Assembly: GCA_963805855.1 (NCBI GenBank)
Contig: CAWDVW010000006.1
Coordinates: 256,001-320,000 of the forward strand
Direction of reading: 5' to 3'
From: Candidatus Dadabacteria bacterium
GTDB taxonomy: Bacteria; Desulfobacterota_D; UBA1144; Nemesobacterales; CSP1-2
DNA: 64,000 nt
Shown one piece after another: positions 10,794 to 21,374 of this stretch; position 1 is the first letter of the stretch, and every line of letters begins with the position of its first letter. The position numbers were made by a program, and so were the translations under genes. A model generated the notes under the pieces. That model worked only from the letters and a program-made list of their open reading frames with translations, was not told the origin of the DNA and made no database searches.

Positions 10794-12203
10794 CTAAAGC
10801 GGTTTTGAGAAGTCGATCCTCATTTGGGTTGTTTTTTTTCTTTTTAATTTTAGGAGACGTCTGTATCCCACGCGTCCGGCCAGGTTATTTTCTTCGAAAG
10901 GGTCGTTATATAGATCAAAGAGGAATTCCTCTTTCCCTTGATTGTCTATATGCCTCAGATACTTATAACGATCTGTTCGAACCCCCTCGCTCTTTGCGAT
11001 GCCTGGCTGTTCAAACATATGTTCATAATACCATTCATTACGGATTTTGTTTGAAGCCCCTGCCATGAGAGGAATTAGGCTTATCCCTTGCGATAATTTC
11101 GACTGCGGGAGACCAGCTAACTCAAGGAGCGTAGGATAAAGGTCAATATTCAAGGTCATGGCGGGAACACGTTGTACCTCAGGCTTCACTGCGGGCTTAA
11201 TAATAAGAGGGATCCTAATGGACTCCTCGAATGCCCACCACTTGCCGGCAAGTCCGTGCTCGCCTAGGAGTAAACCATTATCTGACGTGAAAACCAAACA
11301 AGTTTTGTCGTACACGTCACTTTTCTTCAAAGTCGCTACTACTTTTCCTACTACTTCGTCTAAATGTGTGATTAGCCTATAATATTGCTTTACGGAGTGT
11401 TGATACAGTTTGTCGTTTGAGAACAGCCTCTTCCAGCGTCGTCGGCCCTCAGAGTGCTGCAAAAATGCGGGCAACCGATTAAAATGCTCTTCTGTGGCTG
11501 TAGGGGGTCGGGGTATTGTTACCTCTTCGTAGAGATGCGCAAACCTTGGATCAGATTTGAAGGGTTCAGGATCGTCGTCCTGCACATGTGGAGCCTTAGT
11601 GCTGATGGTGAGGCAGAATGGCTTACTTCCATTAATACCTTCTAGGAACTCTACGGATTGGCGACCTTGGATGGTTGTCAAGTGTTCCTGTCTGCCACCA
11701 GCCGGATCGAAATAGTAACCTTGCCCCGTAAATCCTCTCCAATAGTCAAATTCGTATTGTGGCATAGGACCACCGAGTCCCCATTTTCCTATAAAGGCGG
11801 TCTGATATCCAGCCTGCCGGAGCAGCATTGGGTACGATAACTGGAATTCTTCGTGGCTTAGAGGTGTGGAAAAATCCCAGACGTTGTGCCGGTGGGCGTA
11901 CTGTCCTGTAAGGATGCTAGCTCTGCTAGTGGGGCAAATAGAAGTGGTTACAAAATTATTTGTAAACAGGGTGCTGTCTGCTGCCAATGCATCAAGGTTT
12001 GGAGTGTGTATGATGCGGTTCCCAGTCACTCCTATTACATCCCAGCGTATATCATCTGCAAGGAAAACAACAAAATTAAGAGGCCATTTTTTGTGAGTAT
12101 CTTCACTGGGCTTCTTTATAACACCTAAACTTTGAGTACCCAGTGCCCCTGCAATGCCGCCAGTCACAATGCCGGTTATGAAAGACCTTCGATCAATTTT
12201 CAT
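10794..12203 (-). CDS. Tat-exported formylglycine-type sulfatase
   Basis: Twin-arginine signal DRRSFI; ADD, CPTSRASILTG (CxxxR), GKW and SDNG...GEHG...K sulfatase motifs. Confidence 0.9.
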   Translation of the reverse strand: MKIDRRSFITGIVTGGIAGALGTQSLGVIKKPSEDTHKKWPLNFVVFLADDIRWDVIGVTGNRIIHTPNLDALAADSTLFTNNFVTTSICPTSRASILTGQYAHRHNVWDFSTPLSHEEFQLSYPMLLRQAGYQTAFIGKWGLGGPMPQYEFDYWRGFTGQGYYFDPAGGRQEHLTTIQGRQSVEFLEGINGSKPFCLTISTKAPHVQDDDPEPFKSDPRFAHLYEEVTIPRPPTATEEHFNRLPAFLQHSEGRRRWKRLFSNDKLYQHSVKQYYRLITHLDEVVGKVVATLKKSDVYDKTCLVFTSDNGLLLGEHGLAGKWWAFEESIRIPLIIKPAVKPEVQRVPAMTLNIDLYPTLLELAGLPQSKLSQGISLIPLMAGASNKIRNEWYYEHMFEQPGIAKSEGVRTDRYKYLRHIDNQGKEEFLFDLYNDPFEENNLAGRVGYRRLLKLKRKKTTQMRIDFSKPL

Positions 12204-12346
12204 GGGTCAATCTCATAGTGCCTGTTTGTGGCTACGCTCTTGTATATTATCGTAAATTGAATATACCCTTAAGTCAGGAATATCGTCATTATTTGACTCT
12301 GACACCCAAAAGAATAAAGAACCTTCGGATGTTTTGTATAATCTCA

Positions 12347-13630
12347 CTATAACAGCTTCCATTCAATTGTTGCTTCGGGATCGAATAACCCAACATGGAG
12401 TTGATCGGCTATAATCTGAAATGCCATGTAATCAAATCGACGATCGTATACCACATATTCCCCTTCTTCATAAGCCGCGGCTCCAAGGCAAAGGAGATAC
12501 TCTCCAGGATTGATATTAATTCTCTGTCTGAACGTCACTAAGATCACGTCATCCTTCTCAAGCTGTCCAATCATTACATTGTGGTAGTAGGTATTTGTTC
12601 CGCATAAAATTGTTCCTTTGGGATCTTTTATTGAGAAAGCGATGATAGCCGAAGGCATGTTTTCATTATAACGTACCTTGATTCTTATCAGATACTCATG
12701 GTTTCGTTCCAATACCTGAACCGGTTCGCTATTCAGGGTGAAAATGCCGGCTTCTAATATTTCAGCCTTTTTAGTTCCATACCGATCTTCATTTGGGTTG
12801 ACCTTAAATAGTTCCTGCCACTCCACTTCTCCGGATGGGGATTTATCTTGTGAATTGATATTATCGGATTTTCTAGTTTTTGACGTAAGGGCTATCTCGC
12901 TCCTGGAAACAATCAGCCTATTGTATTCATCTACAACCGGTTTGGGCTTGCCCTCTGCGATCAAGGCACCCCTATCGAACAGCAGAGCTCGATCACAAAA
13001 AGTCGTGATCAGATTCAAACTATGAGTCACAAATACGATGGTTACTCCTTTATCCTTGAATTCTTGAAACTTTGCAAAGCACCTCGCTTGGAACAGAGCA
13101 TCTCCAACAGAAAGGGCTTCATCCACGATCAGAATGTCTGGGTCAATATTTATTGCAGCAGCAAAAGCCAAGCGCACAAACATTCCGGTTGAATATGTTT
13201 TTACCGGCTGGTCAATAAACTTCCCAATCTCAGCAAAAGCCTCAATCTTAGGAAAACGCCGGTCCATCTCATCCCGATTGAATCCCATCAAGGCCCCGTT
13301 CATAAGAACATTTTCACGACCCGAAAATTCCGGGTTAAAGCCAGCGCCTAGTTCTAACAGCGCAGCGATACGACCGTTAACTTTTACTGATCCATTTGTC
13401 GGCTGGAGCACACCGCATATTATCTTCAACATTGTACTCTTGCCACTCCCGTTTTGACCAATTATACCAATGTGCTGGCCTTTCTCTACGTTGAAAGACA
13501 CATCATTGAGGGCATGGAAAGCCTGATGAAATCTCTTTCCGTCGGTACTAAAGACCTCGCGCAGTCGGTCCTTGGGCGAATTATACAATTTGTAAATTTT
13601 GGTAACGTTATTGACTTCGATCGCATTCAT
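12347..13630 (-). CDS. wzt: Polysaccharide ABC transporter ATPase with C-terminal Wzt_C carbohydrate-binding domain
   Basis: Walker A GQNGSGKS, YSTGMFVRLAFA, DEALSVGD; about 150-aa C-terminal extension (RYGTKKAEI...NPGEYLL). Start placed at MNAIEV. Confidence 0.92.
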   Translation of the reverse strand: MNAIEVNNVTKIYKLYNSPKDRLREVFSTDGKRFHQAFHALNDVSFNVEKGQHIGIIGQNGSGKSTMLKIICGVLQPTNGSVKVNGRIAALLELGAGFNPEFSGRENVLMNGALMGFNRDEMDRRFPKIEAFAEIGKFIDQPVKTYSTGMFVRLAFAAAINIDPDILIVDEALSVGDALFQARCFAKFQEFKDKGVTIVFVTHSLNLITTFCDRALLFDRGALIAEGKPKPVVDEYNRLIVSRSEIALTSKTRKSDNINSQDKSPSGEVEWQELFKVNPNEDRYGTKKAEILEAGIFTLNSEPVQVLERNHEYLIRIKVRYNENMPSAIIAFSIKDPKGTILCGTNTYYHNVMIGQLEKDDVILVTFRQRININPGEYLLCLGAAAYEEGEYVVYDRRFDYMAFQIIADQLHVGLFDPEATIEWKLL

Positions 13631-13640
13631 GTTCAAACTC

Positions 13641-13885
13641 ACAAGATGCATGATTCAAGATTCATGATGCACGATATACCAGGCACGATGATTTTTTATA
13701 ATTGCCTCTCTGAAGTTAAATCGCTTTGCATCTTATCTCCCATCGCTATTACTAAGCTCATCAAAAACTTCTTTTTTAAGAAATTCTGTCTCATTCAGTA
13801 TCTCTAAATGAACTTTACTTTCATCGCGATTTCGCCTTTTTCGTCCTGTATCCTGCATCATGTATCCTGTATCATGCATCCTGTA
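13641..13885. repeat. Pair of inverted 7-bp-period repeat arrays (13641-13690 and 13842-13885)
   Basis: Left arm acaagatgcatgattcaagattcatgatgcacgata matches the reverse complement of the right arm, acaggatgcatgatacaggatacatgatgcaggata. Confidence 0.85.
13697..13830 (-). pseudogene. Remnant C-terminal half of a four-helix-bundle (23S rRNA IVS / bAvd-like) protein
   Basis: Minus strand reads DESKVHLEILNETEFLK..., then, frameshifted, FDELS...FNFREAII. It lies between the heptamer arrays. Confidence 0.55.
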
Positions 13886-13894
13886 CTTTCATTG

Positions 13895-14713
13895 TCATAG
13901 TACATCTCCGAAGGCGGGTTTTAATTTTTTAAAGATGAGCCCTCCGATTGCAAATGTGAATAGACTGAGTAAAAAGAGGTACGAAACGCCTTCGATATTT
14001 ATATTGATATCGGCTGTTCGCAAAAGACTTACACGATACCCTTCTATCGAATATATAATTGGGTTCAATCCGTAAACACCTTGCCAAAATTTAGGAATAA
14101 GATGCCGAGGGTAAATTATCGGCGTCAGAAAAAACCAGACGTTTACAAAAACTCCTATGATTTGCCCGATGTCTCGCAGAAAAACGTTGAGTGCAGAGAG
14201 CATCCAAGATAATCCGAGAGCAAATATTGCAGTTGTGAGTAATATTGGAATGATCAATAGAATTTTTAATGTTATACTATACCCAAAAAACACAAGAAGA
14301 CCGATAAAAATCACCACACCGATTAAGTGATTGATAATGGCTGCAATAAGAAGTGTAAAAGGCAATATCTCAGATGGAAATACGGTCTTACTGACCAAGC
14401 TCGACTGCTCTAGGACCGCTCCTGGAGATCGAGTTAAGACATCCGCGAAAAACATCCAAGGCAGTAGACCGGCTACCAGCCAAACTGCGAAATTGGTTCC
14501 ACCGTATTCGGGTCCTAATTTTATTTTTAAAATTACAGAAAACACAAAATAGTAAATGAGAAGTTGTGTTAGAGGATGAATGATTGACCAGAAAATCCCA
14601 AGAAATGATCCAACATGCCTTGCACGGATGTCACGGATTGCCATGCTCCAGATCATATACCTATTCCTATAAACACTAATAGTAAAATTTAAGAAATCCC
14701 TTAAAATTTGCAT
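13895..14713 (-). CDS. wzm: Polysaccharide ABC transporter permease
   Basis: ABC-2 motifs RDIRARHVGSFLGIFW, GLLPW, RDIGQI, FFLTPIIYP and LNP; adjacent to wzt. Confidence 0.92.
   Translation of the reverse strand: MQILRDFLNFTISVYRNRYMIWSMAIRDIRARHVGSFLGIFWSIIHPLTQLLIYYFVFSVILKIKLGPEYGGTNFAVWLVAGLLPWMFFADVLTRSPGAVLEQSSLVSKTVFPSEILPFTLLIAAIINHLIGVVIFIGLLVFFGYSITLKILLIIPILLTTAIFALGLSWMLSALNVFLRDIGQIIGVFVNVWFFLTPIIYPRHLIPKFWQGVYGLNPIIYSIEGYRVSLLRTADININIEGVSYLFLLSLFTFAIGGLIFKKLKPAFGDVL
14163..14648. repeat. Direct repeat copy 1 (about 486 bp, shared with 23221-23706)
   Basis: Near-identical by eye with offset 9058; one mismatch noticed (14617 vs 23675). Confidence 0.9.
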
Positions 14714-15210
14714 TTGCGCTAATTAATCCGCGGTGCAATTCTGACTTGCCTATATTTAAGGCACAAAATAACATTCCGTTAAATTCATCGTATCGGAATT
14801 TCATCCATAGCATTTTTCGGTATGCCGATATTCGATATATGGTCAGATACAATAATTAATGGCTTTCATTGACGTGAGAGTAGAATGGGTCTAGTCCCGC
14901 TCTCGCAAATTGGATTCGATCTGTTGACATTAGCTAAAAAAAATCTCATCTGCAGATATCAATAAACCTTCACAGCTACTAACTTAAGATTATTGCTTAC
15001 GTTAGTTTACTTTACTTAGATTGACGTTATAAGCACATCCACTGCCATCGCATGTATATATCATTCGCACAAGTTATCCCTTCAAATTGGGCGGCCACAA
15101 GTTTAAGCGGAATCGAATCTGAAAGAGTATTATATTGTCTAACATTGAATACACATTTTCAATGGCATTCTTGATAATTACCAATTCTGAAGCTTGTTTG
15201 TAACTAATAT

Positions 15211-16788
15211 TCACGTAGGAGGTATGTTCCGACGGAGGAATTGCTCGTTGCTCGGCAATTGAGGTGTCTCAACAGGCTCGAAATTTGTCATAATGTATCT
15301 CCACACGAGGGAATGAGTATTGCGAAAGCGAAGATCATCCCGTCCATCTAATGCTACATCACGCAGAAGAACCCAGTTTACTCTATTATTTGTCAAATCT
15401 TGAATCATAATTTTCTGCTTGTCAATGGTTTCCCGATGAAGTAGATACGTATCATATACGGGGGCCTTGAGTTTTAAGATTGCGTAAAGACCAGGCGAAA
15501 AAGGTGCAATGAGTAATCCTTCGCGTGGAGCAACATGCTGGGCAACCAGTCGCTTGACAATGTCAATATAATCGGCCTGGTCTTTTGGCAGCCAAAGCTG
15601 ATCACCATTGATGCTATACTGAATTAGTTGATCATTAAATCGGAGTTTGAACATATACGGGTTATCTGTAACGATCATGGCAAAAACAGTGCCAGTAAGA
15701 ATTAAAACCACTAGACCTACAGCCAAGCCTTTATGATGATGTAAGATCAATGTATATAGCAGAGCCACGGAACCTAACAAGAATGGATGGATACTCTCAT
15801 CGAGATGTGGAAGGTCAGCCCGGCTAAAAGCGTGATGCAGGTAAAATATTCCTACAAAGGAAGAGGCAATTAGTAACGAATTACGTTGGACATCACTTGA
15901 TTTGCACCTTAACGACCATATGATTGAAAAAACATAAAAAATCGGAATAACCAAAAAGAACAAACCCAAGAAGAAACTGGATGCGCCGTTTAATATATCC
16001 AATTGAGTATAGTCAACAGTCCAAGGCCAGGGGACCGGTAAAAATATATTGGTATGGATAAATCCATTTTTAAGATGTTTTAATACTTTAACAAGGAACG
16101 CATCGTACATACCAGAAACAAAAAGCAGCATAAGCAGCATAGGAATATACCCTGCGATAATCCCGGCACTCCAGACTCCGTATCGCCTAAGTATGTTACT
16201 TTGCTTTTCCTTCAGCCACATAAAAAGTATGAGCATAAAAAATGCCAAGAAGGTATACAAGCCATGATTACGCCCCATCAGTGCCGCCAGGCCGACAAAT
16301 AAGCCGGAAAAGAAATAACGTTTAGAGACTGGTTCTTCGATTAGACAGACCGCTATATAAACTGCTGCCATGGCAACGCTAGGCTCAAATAACTTTTGCC
16401 AATGATACATATTCTGCATCCACACTAGTAATAATAACCCCACGAAACCTAATACCCACCAGTTTTTAACGACTCGTCTAGCGGCTAACAGTCCTAAGGT
16501 TAAACCTATTACCTGAAACATAGCTAAGGACAGCCGGAAGGCCATAATTCCCTGCCCAAATATTAAACCCCATGCTGCACCCCAGTAATATCGCCCAGGA
16601 TCATAGGACCGAAAATCTAACATGGGGATATCACCAGCCGCCGTGCGAATAGTTCCATACCACACATAGCCTTCATCAGCCAAGTTCAAACCAATATTGG
16701 CTTGGAGTAAAAAAGAGAGGCTTACGAGGACCAGAGCAATTAGAAGCGTATACAAAACTTCATGCTGCTGTGATTTATCTGCTGTCAT
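15211..16788 (-). CDS. Polytopic membrane protein, probable GT-C-fold glycosyltransferase
   Basis: ADEG motif after the first TM, DF..YDPGRYY loop, about 11 TM segments and a soluble C-terminal domain. Confidence 0.6.
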   Translation of the reverse strand: MTADKSQQHEVLYTLLIALVLVSLSFLLQANIGLNLADEGYVWYGTIRTAAGDIPMLDFRSYDPGRYYWGAAWGLIFGQGIMAFRLSLAMFQVIGLTLGLLAARRVVKNWWVLGFVGLLLLVWMQNMYHWQKLFEPSVAMAAVYIAVCLIEEPVSKRYFFSGLFVGLAALMGRNHGLYTFLAFFMLILFMWLKEKQSNILRRYGVWSAGIIAGYIPMLLMLLFVSGMYDAFLVKVLKHLKNGFIHTNIFLPVPWPWTVDYTQLDILNGASSFFLGLFFLVIPIFYVFSIIWSLRCKSSDVQRNSLLIASSFVGIFYLHHAFSRADLPHLDESIHPFLLGSVALLYTLILHHHKGLAVGLVVLILTGTVFAMIVTDNPYMFKLRFNDQLIQYSINGDQLWLPKDQADYIDIVKRLVAQHVAPREGLLIAPFSPGLYAILKLKAPVYDTYLLHRETIDKQKIMIQDLTNNRVNWVLLRDVALDGRDDLRFRNTHSLVWRYIMTNFEPVETPQLPSNEQFLRRNIPPT

Positions 16789-17051
16789 ATTTATGGTAAG
16801 TCCGTGTGGTTAGTTATCTCTTCGAGCTATGAAACCAAAATGCTTCGTAATTTCAGCGCTAAGCTGATTCTTGGATGACGCAAATTTATCTAGTAGATAT
16901 AAATGAATATTGATACAAAATAATTTGACCGATATCTGTGAAATCTCTTTCTTGCTAACTGGCGGCTTTAGTTACTTCCTTAACTGTATCCGAATATAAT
17001 TGACTATCAGACCTGGTTATGGGAGGCCAGAATATTAAAGGCTAGTGGTGA

Positions 17052-18185
17052 TTACCCTCCGAGAATTGTATAAACAGCTTCAACGACCCGTCCAATGTCT
17101 CTCTCTTCCATCCCGACCCACAGCGGTAAGCGAATCAAACAATTGCTTGCTAATTGCGTGTGTGGTAGATCAGCACTGGCCCTTCCATATCTTTTGCCAG
17201 CCGGAGCCGTGTGCAGGGGAACATAGTGAAAGAAAGCTTGAATGCCGGCCGCCTCCAAGTGTTCCAATACTAACGTACGATGTTCAAAACTAGGTAAAAT
17301 CAGGTAATATAAATGCCCATTGTGCCGACATTCAGTAGGAACAATGGGGCGACGTACCTGCTTTTGTCCTTCTAGTTCGACAAATGCCTGGTGATAGTGT
17401 CTCCATATATCCAACCTATGTTGAGTAATGAGTTCTGCTCCCTCCAATTGCGCATAGAGATAAGCAGCCGTGATTTCACTGGGCAGAAACGATGAACCTA
17501 TATCAACCCACGTGTACTTATCAACCTGGCCGCGAAAGAATTGACTTCGGTTTGTGCCTTTCTCCCAAATAATCTCAGCCCGCTCAGCCAAATTTGGATA
17601 GTTAATGAGCAGGGCTCCTCCATGACCCGAGATAAGATTTTTGCTCTCGTGAAAACTAAGCGTGGCCATGTGACCTATGCTACCCAGTGGACGCTCCTTA
17701 TACGTAGACATGATTGTCTGAGCTGCATCCTCGATCACCAACAAACCGTAACGGTCAGCAATAGCCATAATGGCATCCATCTCGCAAGCCACGCCAGCGT
17801 AATGTACTGGCACGATGGCTTTGGTGCGGGAAGTAATAGCGGCTTCGATCTTAGTTTCGTCAAGATTGAGAGTATCATGGCGAATATCAACAAAGACCGG
17901 AACCCCGCCTCGGAGAGCAAAGGCGTTTGCTGTAGAGACAAACGTGTAAGAGGGCATGATCACTTCATCACCAGGCTGGATATCCCCGAGGATCGCGGCC
18001 ATCTCGAGAGCACCAGTGCAAGAGTGCGTTAAAAAGGCACGATGGCAACTGATTTGTCTTTCTAACCACGCATGACATTTCTTCGTGAACACTCCACTGC
18101 CCGACAGGTGTCCATTCGCAATGGCTTGTTGAATGTAATCTAACTCTCTTCCCACCAAGTGTGGGCGGTTGAAATAAATATACAC
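17052..18185 (-). CDS. wecE: dTDP-4-amino-4,6-dideoxygalactose transaminase
   Basis: SCTGALEM, VPVHYAG, EDAAQ, SFHESKN and EKGTNRSQFFRGQVDKYTWVDIGSS (RffA signature). Confidence 0.9.
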   Translation of the reverse strand: MYIYFNRPHLVGRELDYIQQAIANGHLSGSGVFTKKCHAWLERQISCHRAFLTHSCTGALEMAAILGDIQPGDEVIMPSYTFVSTANAFALRGGVPVFVDIRHDTLNLDETKIEAAITSRTKAIVPVHYAGVACEMDAIMAIADRYGLLVIEDAAQTIMSTYKERPLGSIGHMATLSFHESKNLISGHGGALLINYPNLAERAEIIWEKGTNRSQFFRGQVDKYTWVDIGSSFLPSEITAAYLYAQLEGAELITQHRLDIWRHYHQAFVELEGQKQVRRPIVPTECRHNGHLYYLILPSFEHRTLVLEHLEAAGIQAFFHYVPLHTAPAGKRYGRASADLPHTQLASNCLIRLPLWVGMEERDIGRVVEAVYTILGG

Positions 18186-18657
18186 TTAGCTCAACCTTCT
18201 AGACTATTTGGCGATTGACGAAGGCATTTCTGGATATAAAGAAGTGTTTGCAAAAATACGAATTGGAGGAAGGATCTTAACCATAGCAGTAATCAAGAAA
18301 ATCGCGTATGTAACTTACCGGTCGCTATTCCCGTTGGTCCCACATAGAGTATACATCGCAGTTCTTCTAGATTTGTAGCAATGAGCGGCCGATAAAACGT
18401 GATTTTATTTGTGAGTGACTCCCATTCGTTAGTTTCCGAATTTTCTTTTGTTTGTAGCTAATTGAAGCAAAGAAAGAATTGACCGTAGCAAGTAGCTTGT
18501 TTGTACCGAGCAGATAACATGGTGATTAGTCAACAATCATTAATGAGGCAAAAGAGTTGTGTGACTCCAATACTGCTGGCAGAGGAAAATCATACAGTAA
18601 ACGAAATGATGATTTAGAATGGATGATCACATCCTATATTCAACATCATGAATTATA

Positions 18658-19299
18658 TTACACTGAGTGTAACTTAAAGGCCTTAAGAAAATATTGATAA
18701 GCCGGTTTTGAAATAAAAGGTCGCATCTTTGTCCAGTAATGTACCATTTGTATTTTATACTCGATTGATCTTTCTTTGAGTCGGTCTAAAGACTCCAAAT
18801 TGTTTGCTGTATTAATTTCTAGCAAAATACTAAATTCTTTTAATGTGATTGGGTAGTTTTCTTCGTGAAATCTATCATAGAAATCGATACGGTTGGTACC
18901 ATTATTCAACTTGTCGATATTGCTGTACAAATCCTTTCTGTCACAAGCACAAAATAAATAGGCATAGTGCTCACTCTCATCCCCGATAAGCGCACGAACT
19001 TGATCTCTTGCCTCAAAAGATAGACACTGGTAAATAAATCTTTCCGTTCCATAGATGCTGTGAAAGAGTCCCGCCAGACAAATTGTTTCTACATTACCCC
19101 AACTTAATAGTAAATTGTATGTGCTGATTAAATGATCAAGCAAAGACCTATCCTTGGCATATGTAACTTTGCTTACAGAATGTGTCTCAAGAAACTCGAG
19201 TATTGGGGCTGAAATTTTACTGGTATCCTCTAACAATCCTAAGTCAGAAATCATATATTTATTGGTATTTTCACCTTTAGTGTCTTTGAATAAGGACAT
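18658..19299 (-). CDS. DUF6817-like (HD-related) protein
   Basis: LLDHL...LLSWG...LAGLFHSIYGT...R.QVRALIG..E pattern. Confidence 0.6.
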   Translation of the reverse strand: MSLFKDTKGENTNKYMISDLGLLEDTSKISAPILEFLETHSVSKVTYAKDRSLLDHLISTYNLLLSWGNVETICLAGLFHSIYGTERFIYQCLSFEARDQVRALIGDESEHYAYLFCACDRKDLYSNIDKLNNGTNRIDFYDRFHEENYPITLKEFSILLEINTANNLESLDRLKERSIEYKIQMVHYWTKMRPFISKPAYQYFLKAFKLHSV

Positions 19300-20026
19300 T
19301 ACTTATACTGTTCTCCCTTAATGGCTTTCTAGAAATCAGATATTAACTCATTTTATGCATAAACCTTTTCTTTTCTCATTATTTCGCAACGATAAGCTCA
19401 ATCGAGTCATACCTTTCCTGACTAGCCACATTTTTCCTTGAAAACAAGCCTTCTTTCCTCCAAGCATAGTCTTATATCTGGCTCGTCGTTGCCCTTTTCT
19501 TGTGAATTGACGAACGTCACCTGTTAAGGCTCCTACTTGCATCTCCTTTAACTTCCGATTTCAATATCCTCTCTGTTGCTTTAGCCAAGCTAGAGTCTCA
19601 ATCCTCCTCTCTGGTTCTTAATATATCTTATGGTAAGCCCGGTACGAAACGGATGCGTCGTTTAGTTCGATATAGCTTCAGTGTAGTCAACAGTCCGATG
19701 CTTCGGCCAATAGAACCCACCGTAGTTATTCGACAGCGATGCGTCCTTAAGCACCGGACAATCATTTAATACTAATCTCAGCTGCGTACGCCCCATGTTC
19801 GGAGGCCGACTAGTCGACCTATCCCCAGCCCTCTTCCCAGGAAATTTCGGCTATGAAATCTGCACGGTGCCTACTGGGCATTCCTGCCAATTTAGGTGAA
19901 ACTTATATTGACCCGTTGTCTTTCACAGCCCTGAATTTTAGGACTACTTTCCAATTCTATCAACGTTTTAATGGACTTCTTGGCCATGAAATCTCACATA
20001 TTCATAGTTTAGGAACAATACCAGCA

Positions 20027-21286
20027 TCACCACTCGACACCTTCGATGCCTGTTGGTGTCTCAACCTCTACCACTAGGGTTTCCTGAATTGTACTAATTG
20101 TCTCTTGGCAAGCCAATCTATCTTTGCCGTAAACTAAAATTGGCCCCAGTCTCATTGTTTTATCTGTAATTCGCCTTATTCGTCTGCCGACCTCAAGATC
20201 TGAAAAGTACGCTTTATGCACTCCCGACAAGGATTTGACCTTGTCGATGCCACTTATCTGACAAATGATCCCTTCGGGAAGATAAAAACATACATAACCG
20301 GCAGCCACACGTTCATAAAGTTTACTTTTGTCAATCACAACATTTTTTTGTCTTCCAGAGGCGAGCTCGACGAGGAGAGAATTCACATTTAGACCACACA
20401 CGAGAGGTACCAAATCAGAAGAGACAAAAACCCCGCCACCCCGTATTGCGGTCTCAATCAAACGTACCTCACCGGTCTCACTGTTAACTAAATAGTCACT
20501 GTGCGTGATACCAAATCTTGGCCCAAAACCTTTAATAAGACGAAAATTCAAGTCCAGAACCTTCTGCTTCAAATCTGCTCTGAGAAGGGATGGGAACATT
20601 ATTCGCTTCGGGATGAACATGTCAGGAAAATCAAAGTAATACGCATCGCCAATCGCCAAATTCGAAAACGCAAAGTCTGATGCAAAGCCTTCTACTCTTA
20701 CTCCCTTTCCGGAAAAGAATTCTTCCAAGATGACTAGCCCACAAGTAGAATAGGCTTTAGCATTTTTAAACTTATCCTCAAGCTCGTCTTTATGGTGCAC
20801 CATACTGACTCCACGGCTGCCTTGGCTATCAACAGGCTTAATTACTAGGGGAAAGCCAAGATCCTCTCCTTTTTCACGGGCTTCCTTTAGTGACGAAGCC
20901 TGAGAATATTTTGGGACTGGAACACCAATCACTTCACAAAATTGACGCATCTTGTACTTATTAGTAAAACGCAGGGCGCAATCATACCCAATACCCGGCA
21001 ACCCTAATTGTTCAGCAACATAAGCGACAGCGGAAACAGAAGTATCTGTTTGATCGGTCAATATTCCACATATCCCTTCTAGCCTAGCAATCTCAAGTAT
21101 CCTCTCTTTTTCGCGTACATCGACTTCGTGATATCTATCCGCGATTGAAAATCCGGGGTAATTGCCAGAAATGCTAACCGCTATTGTCTCGAATCCCATT
21201 TGCTGCGCTTTTCTGATTATCGGGACCTGATATTTCCCAGCTCCAAGGATCATTAACTTCTGCTTGCTCATCAATGTTAATTTCAT
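20027..21286 (-). CDS. ATP-grasp domain ligase
   Basis: ILGAG, NKYKMR, VIKPVDSQGSRGV, LEEFF and LIETAIRGGG motifs. Confidence 0.85.
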   Translation of the reverse strand: MKLTLMSKQKLMILGAGKYQVPIIRKAQQMGFETIAVSISGNYPGFSIADRYHEVDVREKERILEIARLEGICGILTDQTDTSVSAVAYVAEQLGLPGIGYDCALRFTNKYKMRQFCEVIGVPVPKYSQASSLKEAREKGEDLGFPLVIKPVDSQGSRGVSMVHHKDELEDKFKNAKAYSTCGLVILEEFFSGKGVRVEGFASDFAFSNLAIGDAYYFDFPDMFIPKRIMFPSLLRADLKQKVLDLNFRLIKGFGPRFGITHSDYLVNSETGEVRLIETAIRGGGVFVSSDLVPLVCGLNVNSLLVELASGRQKNVVIDKSKLYERVAAGYVCFYLPEGIICQISGIDKVKSLSGVHKAYFSDLEVGRRIRRITDKTMRLGPILVYGKDRLACQETISTIQETLVVEVETPTGIEGVEW

Positions 21287-21374
21287 TTGTTTAGAATATC
21301 CAATAGTCTAATCACCTGTAACCAATTCAAGAAGAGTTTTACACAGGTATTATTCATGGTCTCGAGTCAAAAAG

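Noticed and set aside
13697-13830. Diversity-generating retroelement suggested by the Avd-like remnant
   Set aside because: No reverse transcriptase and no template/variable repeat pair with adenine-specific differences; the wzm duplicates do not show that pattern.
19348-19542. 64-aa ORF in a long spacer
   Set aside because: No recognisable family or clear support; may be eroded sequence.
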